The notes under the pieces are model-generated. The model was not told the origin of the DNA. It worked only from the letters and a program-made list of their open reading frames with translations, and did no database searches. A DNA stretch of 60,467 nt, counting the filler, from Catajapyx aquilonaris (taxonomy: Eukaryota), in the NCBI GenBank assembly GCA_000934665.2. It is 4 parts of 4 records of this genome, joined end to end, with 100 filler letters (N's around TTAATTAATTAA, not from the genome) between each part and the next. Parts side by side here need not be neighbours in the genome. Positions count along the whole stretch, not along the records: positions 1 to 14,981 come from JYFJ02007629.1; positions 15,082 to 30,275 come from JYFJ02007630.1; 2 more parts are not named here. One strand, given 5' to 3'. Below, in pieces: positions 10,747-22,100 of the stretch. Numbering within the stretch: position 1 is the stretch's first letter; the number at the start of each line of letters is the position of its first letter. The translations under genes were made by a program, and so were the position numbers.

Positions 10747-12969
10747 TTACAGTGGATGCTTTTCTACGGAAATGTACTTGTGGGTTTCTTTACACCATAA
10801 TGAGCATCCAAACAACATAGCCACACTTCCCAACACCAGACCAATCCAATAGCAAACGGTCAAAATAGTCTTGGGCAAAATGTATCGATATTTGATGTGG
10901 TAGGCGTAGCTCTCTGGAAGGTCCAGATCCTGCAATATTATTACATTAAAATGATATTGTTGATGTGAAAACATAATTATAATGTAAGGTATACTGACTA
11001 CTCTTGACCACATGACAGGAAGCACTAGACTTGGAAGGTTCTTGAATCCTGATAGCCCAGGATATGGCCTCAGGTGCATGTTCATTTGCATCTTGTGAGA
11101 TACCTTGACTGGATACCCCATCTCCTGGAAAGCATTAATAGAGGTTATCATGTACAGAGACAATGTAAGTGTATGCTCACAGGTTGAATGTCCATGTAAG
11201 GGTCGTGCTTCGATTCTTCAGGTTTAAGTCCTACGACATCTTCCAAGAGAGATGGGTCTCCTCCGAGGAAATGTGCGTACGACCACAGGAGTGGGTTTCC
11301 GTTGCAAGGAAACGAGTCGATTAGTCCTGAGGGAAGGCTGCACGATTGTTCATCAAGACAGAAGCACTCGTTCGGTGGGTACTCCCGGGGACTCATGAAG
11401 ACGCCCTTGTCCGTTCTGTACCTGTACGACGGTATGCCATTGTTCACCACGTCCTCTGAGTAGTACATGAACACTGTTCTGAAAACAGAATTAAGGAGTT
11501 AACATTTAAGTTTCATCGCGTCTGGTGATGAACTTTCACCTGCAGAGCTGTGGGACCAACATGTAGAGTTTCTCATCTCTGCTGAGGTATGGATGGAAGA
11601 TTGTTCCGTCTGTTCCGGTGAGCCCACTACAAGGTGTGTCCTTCCAGACGGGTATATTTGGCAAACCTTGATAGGACATGATTTTTCCAATCATTTGGAT
11701 GTCGTCTTCTCCTGTTTTGGCAGTTATCGGGCCTTCTAGAGAGCCATTCATCTGAGAAGACAAGAATCAGCTCCATAGTGTTCAGCCTATGAGATGGCAA
11801 AATTAGGAATTACCGGTCCTAACAGCGAGAATTTGTCGTCTTTGAACTGCACTTGTCCGAAGAACTTTGAGTAGGCCAGAAGAGGGTTGTGGTACCCTTC
11901 GTGCAGTACTTCCCTTGCTGGTCTGGTGACGAATAGTGTTTGGTTGTACTGCTGTAAAACCATGTTCATGAAGAACGACGTAGGTCTCCACTCGGCCAAG
12001 TTGCTCAGGATTGATATTCCGCCCTGAAGGAGTCAATATTAATTAATCACTGCACTTGGCATTTCCATGTTTTCATTACTGTTAATAAAAAGTACCGGTA
12101 CATCTACAGTTCTTTAAAAAAAATAGAATTGTACAGTATAATAATCTCGGAGGGAGTTCTTCTGTACTTAGTCTCACAGATTATTTTTATTACAAACCCT
12201 TGACTATTTCTAAGTTACATAACTGTAACACCCAATAATTATTGTAACGACCGGTGTTTCTATACGGGAAAGAACCTGTGGTAATATTTCCTGTAAACAA
12301 CAGATTTACAGTGAAGGAAACGCCCTTCCAGAAATTACGTAAATCGTAAATAATTCTCAGAAATATTCTGGTGTCCTCAGGAGTAAAATAGTAAGGAAGT
12401 TTCTAGAAATATCTTACCAACAGAGGCATGTTGATTGTAGTAATCATGTCATCTGGGTTTCCGGTGGATAAACTGGGTTCGAACTCGTAGGTATTCTGAG
12501 TGTAGTAAGTTAACGTTGAGTCGTCATTGAACGTCATGTTAATTCTTTTCCTTCTTGTCCTACATGAGAAAAATGATTGTCAAATTTCTAGCTTGCTGAT
12601 GCACTATCATAGTATACCAGTAGACGTAGCTTCCTATTTCTTGAAGCACAGGTTTTGCACCATTTTCCTGGATATCCTCGTGGTTTGTGATGTTGAACAA
12701 ATAGACGGAAGTGATCGAAGGAAAAGGTGTGTTTGCCCATGGTTCCCACACTTCTGATCCAGGGTGTAGGTACATTAACTGCAGAAAAAAACAACCCATC
12801 ATAATTAGGCAGCTGAATGATTGAGCATACTCACGTGTTTGATGTATAGATAGACCATTGTTGGGAAGAAGTAGTGCTGGAGGAAGAGAGACACCACTAC
12901 CACAATTCCACCAAGTACAGCTGTCCTCAAAGGCTTCTCTGCGAGCTTCTCCGTCAGTCTTCGAATCAT
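10747..12969 (-). CDS. CD36 / scavenger receptor class B family protein (SNMP/croquemort-like), 8 coding exons
   Basis: N-terminal TM; VYLFNITNHEDIQENGAKPVLQEIGSYVY; GTDGTIFHP; PQLCR; NECFC; SYAHFLGGDPSL; KMQMN; VLPVMW; C-terminal TM; TAA at 10749-10747. Subfamily not assignable by eye. Confidence 0.93.
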
Positions 12970-13994
12970 GATGCGCACTGAACCAACAGAATACAGGTTC
13001 ACCCTACGTCAGAATGAACGTTACGAAATAATTAGCAGATTTTTTTAAATTTTGCAACAATTATAGTTGTTCCTCACACATCCCTGACGTACCTACAGGA
13101 GTAGTTCGTGTCTGGACACACCTCTCCAAGTGGCTAGTTGGTCACACACAGCATCGCCCAATACTTAGCTAATTATTTTATTTTATTACTTTTGTATCTT
13201 ATCAAAGGTTATTTGAGTAACGTGTTACATGTCATATTTTCGGAGAAAGGTATCCTGGGTATGTCATGTAAGGTGAAAATGCTTATTACAGTCAAAAAAA
13301 AAATGCAGCACATTTCCCCAATGAGATATCCTCGTGATATTAAAAAGAGAAGAAGGTGACTACTGAGAGAAAAAAAATAAATGGGTAAGTTCTACAACAC
13401 TTCTGATCCAAAATATGTATTAGCTGCATGCGATATTAATTACCGAGTGGAAAAACACATTATTGCATATAGTGTATCACGCCTTGTAGTGGAACCATGA
13501 GAAATATTCTCAAGGTCGCTCTTCACTTCATGGGTTCACTCATAACTTACAGTTTGTGTCGCACGTCACAATGAGCCAAAAATGGATGATATGCGCACTT
13601 GATACGTAATTGTTGTTGAGGATCTAACTAACTCGTGAGCTTGCTCGTGAGCCCCTGTGTTGAGTTCTCACGCATGAGAATTGCATTTGCGTTTTTAACG
13701 GTGAAAATAACTGAAAAACTGTTTTATATACGTCAGAAGCCTCTTTTTAAACACACAAAGTACTATGGAGGGAAATGAAGTATATCTAGAAAATTGCGGA
13801 AATAATTTCTTAGTTGGATTTGATTTTACAAAGGTCTGCCATAAAAACCAGTGTGCACAATCATTCGGTCATGATTCACCTCAAAACATTCCAACAACCA
13901 TGAGCTAATATGAATAACTAGCCAAACCATCAATATGTATGCAGGGTCTAGGGACTAACTTGTCCTCTGAAGATGCTACGATTATACGTACTAC

Positions 13995-14136
13995 CCATCT
14001 GATGCAATAAGTTCGGACCACTTTATCCTAGTCTAGAAGCAACCCTTCACACACACACACCTCCTCACTGTGCGGCCTGTGCGAAGGGTTGCTTCCAGAC
14101 CAGGATAAAGTGGCCGGAACTAATTGCACCAGATGG
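13995..14136. repeat. 59-bp imperfect inverted repeat, MITE-like
   Basis: 13995-14053 versus 14078-14136: 52/59 complementary, 24-nt loop, TA at or next to both ends. Confidence 0.8.
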
Positions 14137-14981
14137 TACATAGTATTCTGGAGTGTGCCTGACAACATGAAGGCATCCTCTTGCTGCACAAAAGTTGTGC
14201 CTATAATGTGGGAATAAGGCAAATTACGTGTGACTCGATATAAGATAGGGGATTGCCAAATCCACGTACAACGGATGTGAGGAGGAAGAAGGTCACTTTT
14301 TATGTACCATCCCGTAGCAAGTTGTTATGTCAGCTTAGAGAAAAATTGTTATGGTATTATTCAACTTCGCTCGTCATTTCCTGTAGGCTTATGTGATTTT
14401 TTTATTAATGGCGGGTTGCACCGGCTCTCGAAAAGATGTTTCCGCCCGGAAAGTAGAACAAATCCAGTCGAATAGTTCGAAAAGTGTTGCACCGCCACCC
14501 GAATTCCGTTTCCAGGCGCCTTTTCGATCGAATACTTTTACCCCACCCCGAACGGGCCGAATAGTGACTGTTCGGGTCGAAAAGTTGTTCGGTGGCTGAA
14601 ATTCAAGATGGCCGCCGGTCGCTGACCTCGAAGGTTATCCCCGTTCGATCCCGAGGATTCAAGCCTGCAGGAGGTGTTATTCCCCGCCCGTTCATTCAGG
14701 TCAGGTGAGCGATGATTGCGCACACATAAATTTGCATGAATTTAGTTTAATTTAATTTAAATTAATTAAAATCGAAAAACACGTATATTTCACCACTTTT
14801 TTTCGGGCCTGAAGTATGTTTCAAGGGCAAGCACTCACTAGTCTTATTCCTCATTGCTTCCAATTATATTTATAAATTATTGTGGTGCATTTGGGCAGCA
14901 GAAGTTAGGTACGAGGAAATATAAATGAAGTCATTCAGGAGAAATACATAGCGATGTGCAGAGCTAACAAGTAATAATTTT

Positions 14982-15081
14982 NNNNNNNNNNNNNNNNNNN
15001 NNNNNNNNNNNNNNNNNNNNNNNNNTTAATTAATTAANNNNNNNNNNNNNNNNNNNNNNNNNNNNNNNNNNNNNNNNNNNN
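14982..15081. other. Artificial spacer N44-TTAATTAATTAA-N44
   Basis: Exactly 100 nt; the 12-mer gives stops in all six frames; occurs three times identically. Confidence 0.97.
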
Positions 15082-15107
15082 CCAAATACCATGTTTAAGT
15101 TGGCAGT

Positions 15108-15720
15108 CGTGAAAATGGCGCCTGCGCACAAAAACTTGCAGCCGGTAATAGGCCCATATTAAATCGAGTTTAAAACGCTGATTCGAATGGAATGCATAGG
15201 ATTGAACAGCATTTACTGTTGCATCGGTTGCGTATGTTTCCCTGATTTTAGCCCTTCTTATTAACATTCCAATTCTAGACTCTCATTTGATTAGCAAGTC
15301 GCTTCATTTCCACCTTAAACAATTAGGTTCAAAATAACAAAACTTACAATAGATTTTTAGAATTGACTTCTGGAAAAAGTGTTATAACTCCGCGAGACAT
15401 TCTTTCTGACTTTTATTTCTAGCCTCTTTTTTTGGCGATCCGCGGATAAAACGCATCCGGATAATCTGGAATACAGTGTAGTTGGTTAGGCCCCCAATAT
15501 TTCGGTTACCCAGCGATATGGAAGATCCTCTGCAGGATTCGAAAGAACCGCTTCAGTTTTTTAAAAAAATGGCGGGACTTGTTTTGACTCTCGTAGTAGA
15601 AACAAATGAGCGTCAAAAAACGGACTGGAGGGGGGTGTGGGACGGGAGGTGGGAGGTGGGAGGGTAGGAGGGGGGCGATTAAGTCGGCCATTTTGGATCT
15701 GTGGTGTTTAGTAAACGTAG
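15108..15720 (+). promoter_or_regulatory. GC-rich promoter region of the CTDSP gene
   Basis: YY1/Pho-like AAAATGGCG (~15112 and ~15566) and GGCCATTTT (~15686); NRF1/ewg-like GCGCCTGCGCA (~15118); G-run tract at ~15628-15676. Confidence 0.5.
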
Positions 15721-16165
15721 AGGGGGGAGGAGGAGGCAAGGGGGGTCGGGGAGAGCCATCACTTTTGCGGAACCCCCCCTTCTCTCTCTCTCTTTATTTT
15801 TATTTTTATTCCGCCTCCCTCTGCTGATGGTGTCCCCTCTCCAGCGGTGGCACAACCCTCGGAGGCGGCCACGCTCAGCATCCCTACCCGGCAGCAGCAA
15901 GCACCACAACCGCCGCCACACACGCCGTGCTGGCAGAGAGCGGCGCGTTCCGATCATCACGATGAGCTAGGGCTCGGATCTCTCCAGGTGTGCGCGGTAC
16001 TAGTGCCCAGTGGAAGAAGAAGAAGAAAAAAAAAGGTGCGGCGGCGGGCCCCCAGAGAGAGGAGCCAGCAGAGTTAGGGCCCGACTCCTTCCCCCCCACA
16101 AGCATCATCTGACTACGGTGTAGTGTCGTACCAGCCCACCCCCCATCCATGTCTAGGAACTCTAG

Positions 16166-19100
16166 ATGGACGCCTCGTCCGTCATCACCCAGGTGTCCAG
16201 GGAGGACGAGGGGAGTATCATCGGCACTGGCACAGGGGGAGGAGGAGGAGGAGGAGGAGGGTTTACCCCACCTGACACAGGTACACATAACCCACTAAAA
16301 AAAAAAAAAAGAGGACTGGGCAGAAGGTAATCTTAACAAGTAGAAGTAGTCCGGGACTGGCCGTGGCAAAGCCTGCACCCTAGCGGAAGTCAAGCAGGTG
16401 CCCTTCCGAACATTCCTGGAACACTGCTGTAGTTCGCTACGTAATCACTCGAAGCAATAGCGCAGTAATAAAGAATCATGCCTCACACGGTGAGCAGTGC
16501 AGCATTTTTAGCCTGTTACTGTTGGTAACAATAAAGCAGCAACGAATAACAGAGCATCCCTTTCTTGCACATGCAGGTGGTGCAACATAACTACATAAGG
16601 TCCAGTTGCACGGCCTCCAGGACACTGGAACACAGCTGGATAAGTTTGTTATTCATTGTTATCGCCAGTGAGTACTGAACTTCTCCAGTTTTCCAGCCGG
16701 AAAATGTTTCCTGGAGGCAGTGCAGCCAGACCTTATCTGTGAGCAGGGCTCGAGATATTAAGAAGTTGTGCTGACGTAGGTGACAAGATGCGTGATAGTT
16801 GTGTCCACATAAGATTCTACCTGAGGTAGGCAAAAGAGAGGTGCTGATTTGTGTGTATCACAGAGTAAACAACAGTACATCGTGCACTTTAACATATTGT
16901 GCTATTGATATGTTTTCATGGCCTGTAGGAAATTACTGTTTGGTACCACCTTCGTTACGCTCATATTGGTGTCATGTGTGTCATTATCATTAGGTTGGAT
17001 GCTGAATGGAGACAGGATGCCATTCAGTGTTGTTGTGGTTGTGTGCTTTCAAGTACTGATCTTGTTGGCAAGGCTCGTTATTGTTTACAAACAAGTATAT
17101 CTTTTGCACTCCCAAGTCGATGTAAACAATTTAAAATCGCTACTGTACCTGTGATATACAAAGTGCAATTAATTTTCAAGGCTAACCTGAGGTTAGAAAA
17201 GAGTTAAATTTGCAATGATTTTAATATTTAGGTATATTTTAAAATCATCCCAGTATCCCCCCTTGCAGAATGTCTTTCAGGGACATCCCATTTTTGAACT
17301 GTCTGCGTTTGTGCCATAGACTTAATATGTACAAGGTGCAAGAAACTGTCCAATGCAACTAGAGTGATCTTCCTGGCTTATTGGTCAAAAGAGGCGACAG
17401 GGTTCACTCTTGATGGTACACTTACTCAATCGGCCTGTTTCACAAAGGGTTGGTCAATACTACTAATGGCACTTACTGTCACTTTTCATTTAAGCTGTAA
17501 AATCACTTGGGCTGATAGTACTAAGCCTTTGCCTTGAAGGGCCAAATGAAGTAATGTATGATTTATTTTGTTGCTGCAGTGTAGTGTCTCTATTTTGCTA
17601 ACATTTTTTTGCACTGAGCCGGTTTTTTTCCTAAGAGACAAAAATACATTGAAAATATCACTCAGGAAAAAAGAAATGTTACATAACAAACAAGTTTCTG
17701 CTGCATCCAGGGTATGTCACAGTCAATTTTTACTGTATTATGTCATTGAAGATACTTTGTAACGTTCATGTTATGGAAATGTAGCAGCCTCTTCAAAAGC
17801 TATTCCAACCAGACCAACCTCTCATGGTATGGTTAAGGTAGTATAAATAACTAAATGACAATGAGGCGGATGTTACAATGTAGGAAACATGAACATGTTA
17901 CTAGTGTCATTGGAAGTGTGACAAGTGCAGTGTTACAGTGTTTGCTGGCCAGGAAGGGATGTCAGGGGCGACACTTGATTGAATGGGGTGTATGCTGTTT
18001 TACCTATATTTGTTATTATAATGTCTTAAATGTTGCTTGCTGGGATTCCAAATTAGACATTTGAAAATGAGGCATTTCAACCAGTGCCATGTTCTTTCTG
18101 CCTGTCCCAAAAATAGTCGGGGGTATGTGTGGCCTTACTGCAACTGTTTTGACGCTGATATTGACCTTGTGCCCATATCCCAGTGCACTACTTGAGAGTA
18201 ACAACCATCTAAATTCAGCACATACCTGCCAGATGTAAATGAAAACCATAGCGGAGACTTCCAATTAAAAGCATATCGAAAATACTGGTAGGAAATAAGG
18301 TATTAGCATTCCATAACTCGATGATGTAGCATGTTTCAGTTTTTTTAAAACCAGAAAAAAATCTTGTGTACTGAAGAGACTTGTTTAAAATTCGACCACA
18401 TTACGGCTGGTTGAATAGTAAATAGCAGAAGCATGCAAATATGGATAATTAATGTGTGGCATGCTAATCTACTTGATCGTGTAATTGAGTTACAGAGGTG
18501 AGCAGTATCAGTGTTACGCTGTATTAGTTATGTAAAGCTGACTCGCATGCAGTTAATTGGGTGACAATTATTGCAAAATCTAGTTAAACCTACATTTTAG
18601 TGCACTGTTGGACGTGGAAACTAAGTTGAAGCCATGCGTGATATGCAAATATGTTACAGATTTTAATATTGTATGATTCTTATGTAAAATGCAGGAAGGT
18701 TTTTTTTTATAAAATTGATGATGTAGGAACTAGTTCCTTATTATTATTATTTTTAGTGGTAAATTTTTGGGCTAATCCTAACATCAGGCCTGCATGCTAG
18801 CCGTGAATGTGCAGTCGTTCTATTACGAGTATTTTGTAAATGCAACCTTTTAAGAGAAAGTTACATCTCCTTTGAATCAATCATGTGATGTATCAACACT
18901 CATTGTATCTGGTATTCCGGTAACACTGATTAAGCAGGAAAGATCCCCAGATTAAGAAAGGTGAGAGGATTATTTCCTGTTAATAAAGTTGCAAAAGTGT
19001 AGCGCAGAGGATGGTCTCTAAACGTGAGGTAATACCACGCAACATGGAAGCACCTCACAGGTAGCCAGAGCAATTGAACTGCAGTTTACATACATTACTA

Positions 19101-22100
19101 CACCTCCAACAGTATCAATGGAGTTCAACCGATAAGCTTGACAATATCAAGTGCTTCTGACTACTAGCAACTGTTGCCATATTAAGTTGCGACGCCACAA
19201 CACAAACCGGCAGCATATAATTTTAACAAATTCAAAGGATTGGAAGGGATGATCTTTCACGTCCTGTTGTTGACATCACGTGCCAGCACTTGTTCATATG
19301 AGTACAAAAAGAGGTGCTTATGCAACTGGTGGGAGGGGCGGGGCACTATTATAAAGTGCAATATATATTATGGGAGGGAGGGGGGAGCATGCTGGGCAGC
19401 AGACCTTGTGAGGGGGGCACCGCCACGTGCCTATTTCTCACGCTACGCTAGTTCCCGCGAATTTTGACGAATTATAATATTCACAGGGATCGACGCCCTT
19501 GTCAACACCCCACCCAACCCCCTCGATTCGCCATGTCTCGCCCCCCCTTTTCCTACCCCCACTTCTCTCTAGCTCTGCACCCACAAGCCGTTTCCCGACC
19601 TGTAAATAAATCCGCCCAAGGCCATTCCCTTTCTCTCCGGAGGCTGCCATTGAGACTTTAGCTGGGCATTGTAGGGCGGAAAACGATTCTATTAAAGCCA
19701 GGATGTTTACCTAGCTATATTTAAATCGGAGGGCGCTTTTCTACTGGCGGCACTTCATTATTGCCAATAATTGGCACACAGGAAGGGGGGATTTTCCCCA
19801 CATCCTAAGATTAAGCGGTTGGCGATAAAAGGGGCCAGAGAGAATTTCCTGGGGGGTTACAAGTTTTTTTTTTCTTCTGTATTTGCTAGGGGTCGAATAG
19901 GTTGCTGGGCGAAATTTCCGCGAATGATAGCAAGGCCGGAGACTTGATCCGTTGCTAGGTCACTGTCGGGGTCACGCCCTCTGTGATCTGGAGGATGGGG
20001 AAGGGGGGAAACATTGCCGGCTCTTTGGCAGTTGGGTTTGACGATGTCGGAGAAGATGGTCCACGTGGTCCACGCCTTCTGGTGGATGCCCAGGATCATC
20101 GTGTACCACAGTAGGAGAGGGTTTTGCTCATTATTTGCGGTGTGGGGGGGGGGGGGGTAATCTTGAGCGGATTTCCTGGTGGGCTTGGCTTGGGTGTCGC
20201 CACGTTTGCAGATGACGACGGCAATCCTTTTGTCACATGAGTCGGAATCTTAAATTTTTAACACCATGCGACCCATTGACAGACAACATTAATAATTATG
20301 AAGGAGCCAGATTGCTGCATATAATTTGAACACGTTCATTACCATTTTTTTTAAAGCAGTACGTAGGTGGTACATGTTGCTATTGCAGATCGTGTTCTCA
20401 TGCATCGACCCATTGCCGGCTTTCACACATGCTGAAAAAACTGAATCGATAACCGCCTGATAACGCGCGACCTTTGAGACATTTAAAATTGATTCCATGA
20501 AAGCGTGATGAAGGGTTGGTTCTAAAACCGGGCCTGTCAGACCTGAAGCTGGCCTTTTTTTCCGGGACCAAATTAATTATTTGGCAAAAGGTTCCAACAG
20601 ACATGTCTGAAGGTTAGAGAAAGAAGGGGAGGGGCAGGGGGGGGGAGGAGAACAGGCATTTATTTTGGTTGAGAGGAGGCCAAGAGGTTGCAACTGGAGA
20701 GGGTACTGATGAGGTGATGCTCCCACTAAGGGGGGTATGATATGAATGTTGGTACTGCGCAAAAACGGCCTTGAATTACTACTCAAGGTCCTGGTGGACA
20801 ATCACTTCTGACTACACCCCTAACTGCGGAGTTTCAAAAAAAAAAAATTACTTCAAACTCACCGGTAGGTTACATAATGGCAACCCTACGCGCATAAGTG
20901 CAATGGAATAGTAATAATAATAAAAAAGGGAATCACGCCACTTGGGGATCATGCATAGAATGAAATGGAGATAGCGCGCGAGAAGGTATCTGGGGATTAT
21001 AATGACAGATAAAGTGTGACAGGCGGCGAATGGATTTATGACGTTTTCGGGAGGGTTACAGGCGAGCTGGTATGCGATACGTGAGCTGATGGTTTCGGGA
21101 GGCATCGGGTTTCGTTCGTGTTGCATACCATGGGGGTCACTGAATAACGGCGTAACCAGAAAGGGACCCGTTCCAGGATAGGTTTCAAAGTGGACCGCGA
21201 TCATACGTAGCACGAGCTGGTCGTAATAATGGGGGAGTTTTTTAAAAATGAAATTGGGTTGTTCCCGATGTGTTCATGCGAAATTGTGATAATAGAGGAT
21301 TGGAAGTCGATATTGTGCATCCCCCCCTAATTTGAAAGGACAATAGGAACTTGTTATAATTTATAAGTTAATGACATTTTATGGTAATGATACATGCACA
21401 GTTTTTCGAATTGCATATTGTTCATTAACGCCCCTAATGAGATTGATTTGCACAGTATTCGTTGTGCATTGTAGTACCGGTACGTTAGGAATATCAGACG
21501 GCAGCAAGCAGTGTGTAAGCGCCAGTTAATAAATACTTCTATAAGGCGCAGTTGCATCAACGCAAATCAAGGGAAAATCTACGATTACGTATGTGTATTC
21601 ACCAAAAGTCATGAGAGATTTCTTCCTTATATGAGTTAATACATCGGGACATGCCACTCGAAAAATATTGCAATAAAAGGTGAAGTTTGGCGACGTGACT
21701 AACAAGTCTAGGGACGTTTGAAATGAGAAAAATGGCAAATTTCGTGTACATTCCATAATTCCGGAATAGTTGGGGAAAGCCGAATTCCGTTTTTTCAGAG
21801 GGCGGGGGATCAACCCAGACGTCAGACATAACAAATTCTCGAACGTCATCCACCTTATCTGCAGACATTTTTGCTCCCTGCACAATGGAGGCTTACATTT
21901 CGGATAAATCAAGAGCGAAGATTTGCATAGCTGCGTTTGTACGGGGGTGGGAGGGGAGGAGACTGCAAAGCATACAATAGGAGTGCATTGTAGGCGTCTG
22001 GATCTGAATCGTGATAGCCAAGACATTCCTCATGAATATTCAGACTCGAGCTCTGAAAATACGTTGCAAGAATTTGCTTCGGGTTATTGCCGTGCCTGCA

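Noticed and set aside
14400..14720. GTTCGATCCC B-box-like motif with CGAATA repeats and CAAGATGGCCGCC
   Set aside because: No cloverleaf or clear A box; probably a transposon remnant or promoter fragment that I cannot classify.
15026..15037. TTAATTAATTAA as a biological site
   Set aside because: Embedded in N runs three times; synthetic linker.
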